A stretch of DNA of 64,000 bases from an uncultured Anaerolineales bacterium (lineage in GTDB: Bacteria; Chloroflexota; Anaerolineae; B4-G1): contig CAZIWL010000005.1 of assembly GCA_964542755.1 (NCBI GenBank), forward strand, positions 12,439 to 76,438. Direction: 5' to 3'. The notes under the pieces are model-generated. The model did not search any database, was not told where the DNA came from, and saw only the letters and a list, made by a program, of their open reading frames with translations. Numbering within the stretch: position 1 is the first letter of the stretch; the number at the start of each line of letters is the position of its first letter. The translations under genes and the position numbers were made by a program. This document shows, piece by piece, positions 29,324 through 39,350 of the stretch.

Positions 29324-30343
29324 ATGGCCGGTCTCCAGGTGGGAGGTATGCCCCGCCATCAGGCTCTAAACGCCGTCGAGGTGGCCCTCGCTACACCACT
29401 GATCGTCACCCATCACCACGAAACCCCGTCCCTATCCCCCAGCCTCGTCGAGCTGCGGTACGATGCCACGCAGACGGTCGCCAATCTCGATGCTGCACCG
29501 GTTGACTGGCACGGCGTCGAAGTCTTCGCGGCTTACGTGCTGCGATGGGGATCGACGCAAATCCTTGTTCCTGTGGCCGTTTCCTTCTCTGAGGCATGCC
29601 TCTCCCGTCACGTTGAACGCATCGCAGAGGAGTACGACGGCCCACCGCAGGAACCGGCGGCGCTTCCCGCGGCGCTGGGCTTCGGGTCTCCTCGTCCGGG
29701 GTGCTGCTTGGATTTCGAAGCAACCCGTCTCCATCTGGCCCTGGCCTTGGTGTCGGCGTCCGCGCGGCGGGTCGACCTGGTGGTCGACGTGGAGGAGTCT
29801 CCGGAGGTCGAGCCAGACCTGCTCTTGCAGTTGCTGGAGGAGCGTCTCGATGACCATCCTGGTCTGATTCCCGGTGTCTTCATCAAGGACCTCCGGTCTG
29901 GTGAGGAGGTGACCCTCAACAGCGACCTAGCCTTCTCGGGTCTCAGCGTACTCAAGGTCGCCGTGTTGGAGGAGGTCTACTGGAACCTTGATCGTCCCCC
30001 GGACCCGGAGACGACGAAGCTGATCTCTGAGACCGTGACCGAGAGCGGCCATTCCACCGCGAACCTGCTTCTGAGGGATGCTATTGGCGACGGGGACGCG
30101 TACGAGGCGACCGAGAGACTGGCAGATTCGATGCGACGCTCTGGTTTGCTCAACACGTTGATGGGCGCCCCACATGACGAGAAGGACCCGGGGCGTGAGA
30201 TCGTGACCGACGCCGACGTGGTGGTAGCCGCCGCCATGATCGATCGGCTGGTTCACCACGCCGAGATCATCAGCTTGAAAGGTCCGAGTTACCGCCGCAA
30301 AGGGAAGGAGGGGTTTATGGACCCTGTGGCAAAGAACCGTTGA
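29324..30343 (+). pseudogene. Class-A beta-lactamase-like serine hydrolase gene, truncated and fused in-frame to an IS21 istB 3-prime remnant
   Basis: SxxK-like LSVLK and SDN-like ESGHSTANLLL motifs. The last 41 codons (VVVAAAMIDRLVHHAEIISLKGPSYRRKGKEG) match the IstB helper C-terminus. Confidence 0.45.
30218..30343 (+). mobile_element. IS21-family istB C-terminal fragment (insertion-sequence remnant)
   Basis: AAAMIDRLVHHAEIISLKGPSYR is the conserved IstB C-terminal signature. No istA and no intact element nearby. Confidence 0.5.
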
Positions 30344-30694
30344 TATTTCATCGTAGGGTGGTACACTTTTACTTCGTTGACGACACGCATCAAGGCAGGG
30401 GTGCTGGGCGGGACTCGGGAAGCCCACAAGCATGGGTGGACGCGCGACACCTACGCCGACGCTGCCCTTGTGTAGAGCCCCGGCAGTGATTGTGTGCTGG
30501 TGGTCTTCCTTCACCGCCCCGTCCGGTTGGAGTGGGACGAGGGCGCGCCTCTCATCGCCGACATCTCCACGGGGACCTACAACTACTTCAATCCCCAGCG
30601 ATGTGCTGCCGTCTCCATTGCACGTTCCCCCGTTTGCTTCTATAATTGAGTTCGATCACCAGGCTGCGAAACAGCCGCGCTTCGCTCGGTACCT

Positions 30695-32668
30695 ATGACA
30701 CCCACCGACCCGCTTGAGACACATAAGATCGAGGATATCCGGTCATCCTCCGTTGGAGCCGATGCGCGGGAGCCCACTGCGCTCGGCTCAAGTGAGGGCT
30801 CGAAGGTCGAGCGCCCCGTGGAGCAACCCTCCCGTATCGACGGGCGTCTACCACCGGGATTCCTCCTCCAGGATCGCTACCGCATCCTGTCGGTGCTGGC
30901 GATAGGAGGTATGAGCGCCGTCTACAAAGGGCAGGATCTCCGCTTCTCCAAAGTCAAGCGGGTCTGTGCCATCAAGGAGATGACCAGCAGCGCCACGGAC
31001 CCCGATGTCCGCCAGATGATTCTGCGCAACTTCGAGCGAGAGACGAACATCCTGGCCACCCTCAATCATCCCGGCATCGTTCAGGTCTACGACTGCTTCA
31101 CCGAGGGCGATCGAAGCTACCTGGTCCTCGAGTACGTGCCAGGGAAGGACCTGGAGGCGATGCTCGAGCAGACGCGAGGCTTCCTCTCCGAAGAGAAGGT
31201 GGTGAGCTGGGCCATTCAGATCTGTGAGGTGCTCAGCTACCTCCACAGCCAGGAGCCCCGCCCCATCGTCTTCCGGGATATCAAGCCCTCCAATGTGATG
31301 CTCGATGACTTTGGACGCGTCAAGCTCATCGACTTTGGCATCGCCAAGATGTTCCAGAGCGGCAAGAGGGGGACAATGATTGGCACGGAGGGATACTCAC
31401 CTCCGGAGCAGTACCGGGGGATGGCCGATCCGAGGGTCGACATCTATGCCTTGGGGGCGACGATTCATCACTTGGTGAGCAAACGGGACCCCCGTTTGGA
31501 GCCGCCCTTTTCTTTCCACCAGCGACCGATCCATGAGACCAATCCAAGTGTCTCTCGAGAGCTGCTGGAGGTAGTGCACCGGGCGCTTGAGTATGAAGCT
31601 AATGATCGCTACGGGTCTGCCGACGAAATGAAGCGGGCATTGACGAGTCTCCGTTCCGCTCGGGGCGGAATGGGCACGGATGCCTTCGGTGCTCCGGCTG
31701 TCGTCAGGGGCGAGATCACGCCCCAGTGGCGCTTCGCCCTTGAGGACGAGATCCGCTCCTCGCCAGCTGTCCATGGCGGCACGGTCTACGTTGGGGCGTA
31801 CGACCACAACCTCTATGCCCTAACAGCCGACACGGGCGAGTTCCTGTGGAAATATGCCACCGATGGCGGCATCGCTTCCTCACCTTGCGTCTATGAGGGC
31901 ATGGTCTTCGTCGGCTCCACGGATAAGGTGCTCTACGCCGTGGACGCCAGCGATGGGCGTATCCGCTGGACTTGCCCCACTGGGGGCAGGGTCTGGTCGT
32001 CCCCCCAGGCTGCCTTCCATCACGTTTTCTTCGGTTCCGATGACCGACACCTCTACGCGGTCAATGTGGAGTCGGGGCGCGTAGCCTGGCGGTTCGAAGC
32101 CGACGGGCAGGTGCGCTCGTCGCCTCATCTGGGCGACGAGGCGATCTATGTCGGCTGTGAGGCAGGTGTCGTCTACGCAGTGGATACCGGTGGCGAGATT
32201 CGCTGGCGCTTTCGGGCTCGCCGGGCCGTGACCTCCTCGCCTGCTGTGACTGACGAGATGGTCTACATAGGGGCGCAGGACCGATATGTGTACGGTCTTG
32301 ACGTCCGATCTGGATGGCTGGCCTGGCGCTACCGGACGGATGGCCCGGTGATCTCCTCACCGGCTGTGGGGAAGGGCATTGTCTTCGTGGGATCAGCGGA
32401 CAGCCATCTGTACGGGCTGGACGCCGAGACCGGTCGTCTGGTCTGGCGGTATGGCACCGACGGGCAGGTGACATCCTCACCGGCGTTGTCTGGAGGGCGG
32501 GTCTACTTTGGTTCCGTGGACGGTGGCGTCTATTGTGTCGAGGCCGAGACAGGCAATCTACTATGGCGGTACCAGACCGACGGCCCGGTGACCTCTTCCC
32601 CCGCTGCTACCGAGGAGAGGGTATACGTGGGATCCTGTGACCGGTACTTGTACGCACTGCCTGGATGA
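30695..32668 (+). CDS. Ser/Thr protein kinase with C-terminal PQQ-repeat beta-propeller
   Basis: Hanks kinase motifs (VYKG, AIKE, FRDIKPSN, DFG, SPPE). C-terminal repeated (V)Y(V/F)G(S)xD..LYA(L/V)D...G...WR(F/Y) PQQ-like blades, about 7 copies. Confidence 0.85.
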   Translation: MTPTDPLETHKIEDIRSSSVGADAREPTALGSSEGSKVERPVEQPSRIDGRLPPGFLLQDRYRILSVLAIGGMSAVYKGQDLRFSKVKRVCAIKEMTSSATDPDVRQMILRNFERETNILATLNHPGIVQVYDCFTEGDRSYLVLEYVPGKDLEAMLEQTRGFLSEEKVVSWAIQICEVLSYLHSQEPRPIVFRDIKPSNVMLDDFGRVKLIDFGIAKMFQSGKRGTMIGTEGYSPPEQYRGMADPRVDIYALGATIHHLVSKRDPRLEPPFSFHQRPIHETNPSVSRELLEVVHRALEYEANDRYGSADEMKRALTSLRSARGGMGTDAFGAPAVVRGEITPQWRFALEDEIRSSPAVHGGTVYVGAYDHNLYALTADTGEFLWKYATDGGIASSPCVYEGMVFVGSTDKVLYAVDASDGRIRWTCPTGGRVWSSPQAAFHHVFFGSDDRHLYAVNVESGRVAWRFEADGQVRSSPHLGDEAIYVGCEAGVVYAVDTGGEIRWRFRARRAVTSSPAVTDEMVYIGAQDRYVYGLDVRSGWLAWRYRTDGPVISSPAVGKGIVFVGSADSHLYGLDAETGRLVWRYGTDGQVTSSPALSGGRVYFGSVDGGVYCVEAETGNLLWRYQTDGPVTSSPAATEERVYVGSCDRYLYALPG

Positions 32669-32690
32669 GGAGGGACCCGAGAGAGGGGGC

Positions 32691-33551
32691 ATGCATTTTC
32701 TACGCAGACTGATTGGCCGTGAGAACCCCTCGGCACCGACCGAGATTCAGGATGGGTCGGGGTCGAGCAGCGAGCGCCCGCGGATGGATGTCGGATGGGT
32801 CACCGACGCGGGCAAGGTGCGCGACCACAACGAGGACGCTGCTCTTGTCATCACGGCAGCCCACGATGCGCGCCAGGCCCATCCTCCATTCGGCCTCCTA
32901 GTGCTTGCGGATGGTATGGGCGGACACCGGGCCGGGGAGGTCGCGAGCTCCCTGGCGGCTCGGGTTGCGGCTCACCATATCACGCGTCGCTCCTATTTGC
33001 CCTCCCTCCTCGGGCCCGAGCAAGATGCCCGGCGTCCGGCTCTGACGGAGGTCCTCATTGATGCCGTGCAAGCGGCTAACCAGACTGTGTCTGAGGAGGT
33101 GCCCGGCAGCGGCACCACGTTGACCTGTGCTCTCGTCTTGGAGACGCAGGCGTATGTTGCCCACGTAGGGGATAGCCGTGCCTACGTCATCACCGAGGAC
33201 GGGATGAAACAGATCACCCACGACCATTCGATCGTCGATCGACTCGTGGACACGGGGCAGTTGACGCCCGAAGAGGCGGCTGAGCACCCTCAGAAGAACG
33301 TCCTCTATCGGGCCATCGGGCAAGGCGGAGCGCTGGACGTGGATACCCACGTGCACAAGGTTGGAGCAGGTGACTATCTACTGTTGTGCAGTGACGGGCT
33401 GTGGGGGCTGGTCAGCGAGACAACCATGGTCGATCTAATCCGGGAAGCCCCATCTCTTCAAGAGGCGTGCCGCCAACTTGTTACCGCCGCGAACGACGCT
33501 GGAGGGAGCGACAACATCACGGCTATCCTCTGGCGCTCTCCGCTCGGTTAG
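32691..33551 (+). CDS. PP2C-family Ser/Thr protein phosphatase
   Basis: DAGKVRDHNED, LADGMGGH, AHVGDSRAY, CSDGL, GGSDNIT metal-binding motifs. Confidence 0.85.
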   Translation: MHFLRRLIGRENPSAPTEIQDGSGSSSERPRMDVGWVTDAGKVRDHNEDAALVITAAHDARQAHPPFGLLVLADGMGGHRAGEVASSLAARVAAHHITRRSYLPSLLGPEQDARRPALTEVLIDAVQAANQTVSEEVPGSGTTLTCALVLETQAYVAHVGDSRAYVITEDGMKQITHDHSIVDRLVDTGQLTPEEAAEHPQKNVLYRAIGQGGALDVDTHVHKVGAGDYLLLCSDGLWGLVSETTMVDLIREAPSLQEACRQLVTAANDAGGSDNITAILWRSPLG

Positions 33552-33566
33552 GACGTTGCCCATCTG

Positions 33567-35069
33567 ATGCCCACCGGGGTCCCTATGGACATTAATGTCA
33601 CCAAGGACTATTACAGCATCTTGGGTGTATCCCCTTTCTCCACCCAGGAGGAGATCAAACAGGCCTATCGGCAGCTGGCTCTCCGCTACCATCCTGACAG
33701 CCGTGAGGCCGACACGTCCACACGTCTCTTTCATCAAGTACACGAGGCCTACGCCGTGCTGGCCAATCCTGAGACCCGTCGCTCATACGACCGGCAGCGG
33801 GATGAGAAGCGGGCAGATGAGACCGCTCCCCTGATCCTTGATGTCGTGCAGAGCCAGGAGACTCTCAGCTCGAGGCATGACGAGCAGATACTCTACGCCC
33901 TGCTGGAGGTCCGTCCCGGAACCGTCTCCAGCCGTGAGCGCCTACCTCTTGACCTATCGATGGTGATCGACAAGAGCACCTCGATGAAGGGGGCTCGCCT
34001 TGCCAGCGTGAAGGCTGCAGCCCGGGAGATTCTCGATCAGCTCAATGATGACGACTTCCTGGCTATCGTTAGCTTCAACGACCGGGCTGACCTTCTGATA
34101 TCCGACCAGGTTGGGGTGAGCCGTGCCCGCGCCAAGAGAGCCATCAACGGCCTGCGCGCGGAGGGGGGAACGGAACTGCTAAGAGGACTCCGTATTGGTC
34201 TCGATGCTCTAAGCAGCTACCGGGGACACGATGTGGTGCGCCACCTGTTTCTTCTCACGGATGGGCGGACATACGGGGATGACGACGCATGTGTCGCGGC
34301 GGCAGCCGAAGCCGCCGACAAGGATATCGGCATCACCGCTATGGGCATCGGAGAGGACTGGAACGACGATCTCCTGGAGGAGATGGCGGCCCTCAGTGGT
34401 GGTACGTCGGCCTACGTGTCGTCGCCCGGGCAAGTGCGTGCCCTGTTGCACGGGATGATCCGCAAGCTCAGTTCGGTTTTCGCCACGGAGATGATCCTCA
34501 GTGTGCGGACGGCCCCGGGGGTATCAGTAGAGAGCATCTTCCAGACTTCACCCTCCCTGGAGCGTCTCCAGCTCTCCGAGGGTGTGACTCGGTTGGGACC
34601 GCTGGAGGTTGAGACGCCCAGGAGGATCCTCATCGAGATTGCCGTCGAGGCCAGGCCGCCGGGCGACCATCGTCTCCTCCAAGCCGACCTGTTCGGCGAT
34701 GTGCCGAAGCTAGAGAAGCGGAGCGAGAGGCTCCGGCGCGCCATCTGGTGTCGATTCACCGACGAGGGGATTGACCAGGAGGAGCAGCAGGTCCCTGAAG
34801 TCATCCTCAGATTGGTGAGCCGGATCACACTCTATCGTATGCAGGAGCAGGCATGGTCGGCTCTTGAGGAAGGCAACGTCGATCAGGCGACTCGTCGGTT
34901 GGAGGTGGTAGCGACCCGCCTCCTTGACATGGGTGAGGAGCGCTTGGCGCAAGCTGCTCTGCTTGAGGCCAAGCATATCGCCGAAAGGGGAGGCGCCACG
35001 GAACGAGGTCGCAAGGAGATCAAGTACGGCACCCGCCGTCTCAGTCTCAGGAGCGAGGCCTATGATTGA
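33567..35069 (+). CDS. J-domain / von Willebrand factor A (vWA) fusion protein
   Basis: N-terminal J domain (DYYSILGVSPFSTQEEIKQAYRQLALRYHPD). Central vWA with MIDAS (DKSTSM..S). C-terminal helical region. Confidence 0.75.
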   Translation: MPTGVPMDINVTKDYYSILGVSPFSTQEEIKQAYRQLALRYHPDSREADTSTRLFHQVHEAYAVLANPETRRSYDRQRDEKRADETAPLILDVVQSQETLSSRHDEQILYALLEVRPGTVSSRERLPLDLSMVIDKSTSMKGARLASVKAAAREILDQLNDDDFLAIVSFNDRADLLISDQVGVSRARAKRAINGLRAEGGTELLRGLRIGLDALSSYRGHDVVRHLFLLTDGRTYGDDDACVAAAAEAADKDIGITAMGIGEDWNDDLLEEMAALSGGTSAYVSSPGQVRALLHGMIRKLSSVFATEMILSVRTAPGVSVESIFQTSPSLERLQLSEGVTRLGPLEVETPRRILIEIAVEARPPGDHRLLQADLFGDVPKLEKRSERLRRAIWCRFTDEGIDQEEQQVPEVILRLVSRITLYRMQEQAWSALEEGNVDQATRRLEVVATRLLDMGEERLAQAALLEAKHIAERGGATERGRKEIKYGTRRLSLRSEAYD

Positions 35070-35577
35070 GTGTCCATCCTGCGGAAGGAAGCACCGCCCG
35101 GGAAGCCTTTTCTGCAGTGAATGCGGTGGGTATCTGCCGACCGCGGGGCGGCCCGGAACAGAACCAATCCCGGGGCGCGAGTTGCCCAACAGGCAGGCTC
35201 GAGCCTGGGGGCCCAGCACGAAGAGCGCCGGAGAGTCGGGGAGGACCGGCACGAAGCTGCAGATCAGGGTGGTCTCCAACGAGCGCGAGATTCAGTTGCC
35301 TCCGGGGGCGGATGTGCATGTGGGCAGGCTGGACGCCGCTCAGGACATCTTCCCCGACGTCGATCTAACCCCGGACGGTGGTTTGAAGGGCGGCGTATCG
35401 CGATGCCACTGCCGTATCTATGGGGAGGACGGCGACTACTACGTCGAGGACCTGGGAAGCGCGAACGGGACCTTTCTTAACGGGGAGCGGCTGACCCCCT
35501 ACCTACCTCACGTGCTCGGGGAGGGCGACCGGCTCCAGCTCGGCCGTGTGGAACTGGTGGTCACGGTCCTGGAGTAG
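35062..35577 (+). CDS. FHA-domain protein with N-terminal zinc ribbon
   Basis: CPSCGRKH...CSECG ribbon. FHA core (GR..DV.L....VSR.H......DG.YYVEDLGSANGTFLNG). ATGA overlap with the upstream stop. Confidence 0.8.
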   Translation: MIECPSCGRKHRPGSLFCSECGGYLPTAGRPGTEPIPGRELPNRQARAWGPSTKSAGESGRTGTKLQIRVVSNEREIQLPPGADVHVGRLDAAQDIFPDVDLTPDGGLKGGVSRCHCRIYGEDGDYYVEDLGSANGTFLNGERLTPYLPHVLGEGDRLQLGRVELVVTVLE

Positions 35578-35602
35578 GACCTCGTGGACTGGGAGGGAGA
35601 CC

Positions 35603-35845
35603 ATGGCCTACACCGTATTGGTACATATCTTGAACGAGGAATCCGTCGTGGGGGAGATCGAGCGCGTTCCGGAGCCTACGGACCAGGTCCTCATCATCCA
35701 CAACGTCCGTTATCGCGATGGCCGGGATGTCTCCTACGTCCTGCCGGAGACTGACACGGTCATCTACCCTTGGCAGCGTATTCACTGTGTCGAGATTCTG
35801 CCTAGCGGGGACGAGGAAGAGGTGGTCAGCTTCATCAGGGAGTGA
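35603..35845 (+). CDS. Small conserved-looking hypothetical protein (80 aa)
   Basis: Compact ORF between the FHA and response-regulator genes. No recognisable motif. Confidence 0.35.
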   Translation: MAYTVLVHILNEESVVGEIERVPEPTDQVLIIHNVRYRDGRDVSYVLPETDTVIYPWQRIHCVEILPSGDEEEVVSFIRE

Positions 35846-35862
35846 GCGGAGGGAGGGCGTCC

Positions 35863-36603
35863 ATGACCGATGGCCATGAAGGCTTGATCCTGGTCGTTGA
35901 CGATGAACCGCGTATGACGCGTTTCATTCGCATGAACCTGGAGTTGGAGGGGTATCACGTCATTGAGGCTCACGACGGAATTGAGGCGCTCGACAAGGTT
36001 CGAACCGAGCTGCCCGATCTGGTTATCCTCGACGTGATGATGCCCGAGTTGGATGGCTTCGAGACGCTGCGGATGCTGAGGGAGATATCGAGTGTGCCGG
36101 TCATCATGCTGACCGTCCGAGACGAGGAAGAGGACAAAGTCCGTGGCCTGGAGTTGGGCGCCGATGACTACGTCACCAAGCCTTTCAGCGCCCGCGAACT
36201 CGCCAGCCGCGTGAAGGCCGTACTCCGTCGGACGCAGGGGCCGGCCAGTCCTCAGGAGTCCATCGTGACCGTGGACGATCGGCTCAGCATCGACTTCAAC
36301 AAGCGCGAGGTCATCGTCGAGGGCGAGAGGATTCACCTCCGTCCCACGGAGTTCCGTCTCCTCTATCATCTAGTGCAGAACGCCGGCTGGGTCGTGCCCC
36401 ACGAGACACTCCTCTCCAAAGTTTGGGGCTACGAGTACGGGGAGGACGAGATCCAGAACTTGCGGCTCTACATCAGCTATCTAAGGAAGAAGATCGAGCC
36501 CGACCCTTCGGATCCTCAGTATATCTTCACCGAGATCGGGACCGGATACCGCTTCGTCGACTTCAAAGAGGAGGCCAGCGAGCGAGGAGCACATTCTGTC
36601 TAG
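35863..36603 (+). CDS. OmpR/PhoB-family response regulator (orphan, no adjacent kinase)
   Basis: Receiver domain (DDE, D55-like, T, K) plus winged-helix output. GGAGGGAGGG RBS. Confidence 0.85.
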   Translation: MTDGHEGLILVVDDEPRMTRFIRMNLELEGYHVIEAHDGIEALDKVRTELPDLVILDVMMPELDGFETLRMLREISSVPVIMLTVRDEEEDKVRGLELGADDYVTKPFSARELASRVKAVLRRTQGPASPQESIVTVDDRLSIDFNKREVIVEGERIHLRPTEFRLLYHLVQNAGWVVPHETLLSKVWGYEYGEDEIQNLRLYISYLRKKIEPDPSDPQYIFTEIGTGYRFVDFKEEASERGAHSV

Positions 36604-37200
36604 GTCGCGCCCATGGTTCGGCTGGGGCTCACGGATTTCGGGTTTGCGATGACGTTGATCTGCACGGGGTGGATGACCGCGACGGTATACCGACGGGAGG
36701 CGAGTTGGTCGTAGAGGCGAGCCCATGATGATCGGAAGGCACCGGAGCGACCTGTACGGACTCACCAAGGGTTTCCCACCTCTCTATGAGTGACGCGACT
36801 CCAGAATGGTTTCTGAGAGTGGCCCTCGGAAACCCTACTCCGCCAGCCTTGCTCATCTGGGAGGAGAGCCTGGTTGTGGCAGCTGGCAATTTCGATGCCA
36901 ACGAAGGTCGTCAGTGCCTTCCAAAGGGCTGGTCACGCCCGATGACGCTCCTGCTCTCTTCCGCCTTCCGGGTTCCCCTACAATCCTGCAAGTGATACGT
37001 AGCTCATCCAAAAACTTCCTCGCTCGCAGTCGCCCGCGGTAGACGAGGTACCAGTCCCTTGCTTGCGTCTCGCCCCCAGAGAGCACCGCCCAGCACCTCC
37101 ACTCTCAGAAGCCAAGGTTCCCGCCGCGGCAGGAGAGGCTCGCCACGAGCATGGAAGGAGTCTTCTCGGTATGGGTGCAAGCAGCTGGTAGGACAATGAG

Positions 37201-37650
37201 GTGCGTGTCAGTCTGCACGCTGTCAGCAGCGAAAACTGGCGTGATGTGGCCGCTCTTCAGGTCACAGAAGTGCAGCGGGCCTTCGTCGCTGAGCCCAGCT
37301 ACTACCTGGCGCGCTGCTGTTATGGGAAGGATTAGCACCTGCTGGCAATCTACACCGACGCGCGTGTCATCGGCTTCATGATATGGGCTCTCGATCCGGC
37401 GGACGGCAGTTGCTGGCTGGGCGGGGTACTGATCGACCAGGCATGTCAGGGACAGGGCTACAGCAGAGAAGCAGTTCGAGCCGCGATCAGGATGCGATCG
37501 GAAGCAGAGGGATACCAGGACTTTGCGCTATCGTACAGTCCGTCTAACACAAGGGCGAAACATCTCTACGAGACGCTGGGCTTTGTCGAGACCGATGATT
37601 GGGAAGGCAATGAGATCGTGGCGCGTCTGTCGGTTGAGGGGTTGATCTGA
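37201..37650 (+). pseudogene. GNAT N-acetyltransferase with in-frame TAG at 37333-37335 (probable TGG to TAG nonsense)
   Basis: Single reading frame encodes WRDVAALQV..FVAEPSYYLARCCYGKD-TAG-HLLAIYTDARVIGFMIWALD...GQGYS..A..A...G. The stop sits where homologues have Trp. Confidence 0.5.
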
Positions 37651-38238
37651 TGCGGCGCACAACGGACATCTCGGTCACTCCGTCTGTGCTTGTGGACGAC
37701 AGACCGATCAGAAAGCCAGAGGAGACCAACGGGAGGACAGCCATAGCACCGAGTGTGACGATCGGACAATGGGCATCCTCCATCATCTGAGATTCGGACA
37801 TACCTGTACGCCAAGTCGTATGGCTGTTCCACCGACGGCTTTCTTGTTTTCACGATGACGTCGTGCCGCGCGTAGCGGACACCCAAGAAGGATACACGCG
37901 CCCTCGATTCCGGATAGGGTTTCTTATGTCGTCATCCCCGCGGGCGCGGCGGGGTGATCCCCACCCTCGCTGCCTCGTCACCGCTTCCTGGCCCTCCAGG
38001 TACTCTGACTGCTCTTCATCGTGCTCCGCAGGCTTTCCACTCAGTCTGTCCGCGAGTGGTCTCGCGCCGAGTGAAAGCCACGGCCGACAGGTTCCTTGCA
38101 GCGCCTTTCTTCTTATGCCTTTCCTATGGCCCTCTAATGCAAATCTAATGGACTTGTGTCATCATACAGTCGAGTCGGAATGGCTTGATCAAGATTTCTG
38201 GCTTGGTTGGCTTGGAATAGGTAACAGGAGGTGCAGAT

Positions 38239-38688
38239 ATGTCACAGTTAACACGTTGGGAGCCCTTCCGTGACCTAGTGAGTCTACGGGAGGCGATGGA
38301 TCGGCTCTTCGAGGAGAGCGTTGTGCGACCTCGATCTGGGGAGCTTTCCCCGCGGATGGTCGGGACGTTGGCAATCGACATGTGGGAGACCGATGACGAC
38401 ATCGTGGTCAAGACAGCGGTTCCGGGGGTCAATCCCGAGGATATCGATATCACCGTGACCGGCGACACATTGACCATCAAGGGCGAGACCAAGACCGAGG
38501 AAGAGACTGAGGAAGGTAACTACGTGTGTCGGGAGATGCGGTACGGCTCCTTCTCACGCTCCATCACGGTGCCAATGCCTGTGGAATCCGAGAAGGCGGA
38601 AGCGGAGTTTGAGGATGGGATGCTGACTCTCAAGCTGCCGAAGGCTGAGGAAGTGAAACCGAAGTCGATCAAGGTCAAGTCCAAGTAG
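38239..38688 (+). CDS. Hsp20 / alpha-crystallin small heat-shock protein
   Basis: WEPFRDL..L...MDRLF N-terminus, alpha-crystallin core, AEFEDGMLTLKLPK and C-terminal I-x-V motif. CAGGAGG RBS. Confidence 0.85.
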   Translation: MSQLTRWEPFRDLVSLREAMDRLFEESVVRPRSGELSPRMVGTLAIDMWETDDDIVVKTAVPGVNPEDIDITVTGDTLTIKGETKTEEETEEGNYVCREMRYGSFSRSITVPMPVESEKAEAEFEDGMLTLKLPKAEEVKPKSIKVKSK

Positions 38689-38729
38689 TTGACCATTGAA
38701 AATCATACGTGTTACTCGGAGGTGACAGC

Positions 38730-39173
38730 ATGACTATCATTCGCGGAAACCCTTGGCGTGAGGCACGAACCCTACGCGAGGCGATGGACCAGTTGTTTGA
38801 GGATAGCTTTGTGCGTCCCAGCGAGGGGCAAATGGAGCGCACGGAACGCCGTTTGCGGTTGCCGCTGGACGTATACACCACACCGGAGGAGATCGTCATC
38901 ATCGCGTCCCTCCCCGGGCTTACGCCGGATGAGGTCGATGTGACGATCGATGATGATCGTCTGATGATCCGCGGGGAGTTGCGCCCCCCCCTGCAGAATG
39001 TAGATTACCTGTTTCAGGAGCGCGCGTATGGGGCTTTCTCACGGACCCTCACGCTCAACGTACCAGTGGAGTCCGACGAGGCCGAGGCTGTCTTCGAGAA
39101 TGGTGTGCTGACACTCACGCTGCCGAAGGCCGAGGAGAGCAAGCCTAGGACGATCGAGGTCAAGCGCAAGTAG
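38730..39173 (+). CDS. Hsp20 / alpha-crystallin small heat-shock protein (tandem paralogue)
   Basis: Same architecture (AVFENGVLTLTLPK). GGAGGTGA RBS. Confidence 0.85.
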   Translation: MTIIRGNPWREARTLREAMDQLFEDSFVRPSEGQMERTERRLRLPLDVYTTPEEIVIIASLPGLTPDEVDVTIDDDRLMIRGELRPPLQNVDYLFQERAYGAFSRTLTLNVPVESDEAEAVFENGVLTLTLPKAEESKPRTIEVKRK

Positions 39174-39200
39174 CGCAGCAGAATCTAGGACTGCATGGTG

Positions 39201-39233
39201 CAAAGAGGCGGGGTATTTGACCCCGCCTCTTTG
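39201..39233. terminator. Bidirectional terminator hairpin between hsp20 (+) and mgtC (-)
   Basis: caaagaggcgggg-tatttga-ccccgcctctttg perfect 13-bp stem. Confidence 0.6.
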
Positions 39234-39350
39234 CATATCGCTCGGGTCTTCTGAATGGGTGGATCGGCAACGCTTCCCCAGCCCTATCCCAAGTACTGCG
39301 TGGGGAAAAGGCTCGCAGCTTTCCCGCATCGTAGCCGCCGGATGACCTGG

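Noticed and set aside
36786-37086. Small ORFs in the decayed region after the response regulator
   Set aside because: There are no motifs and no RBS. The small ORFs overlap one another in different frames.
37544-37801. 85-aa minus-strand ORF after the GNAT pseudogene
   Set aside because: The ORF overlaps the GNAT 3-prime end. It has a weak hydrophobic segment only and no RBS.
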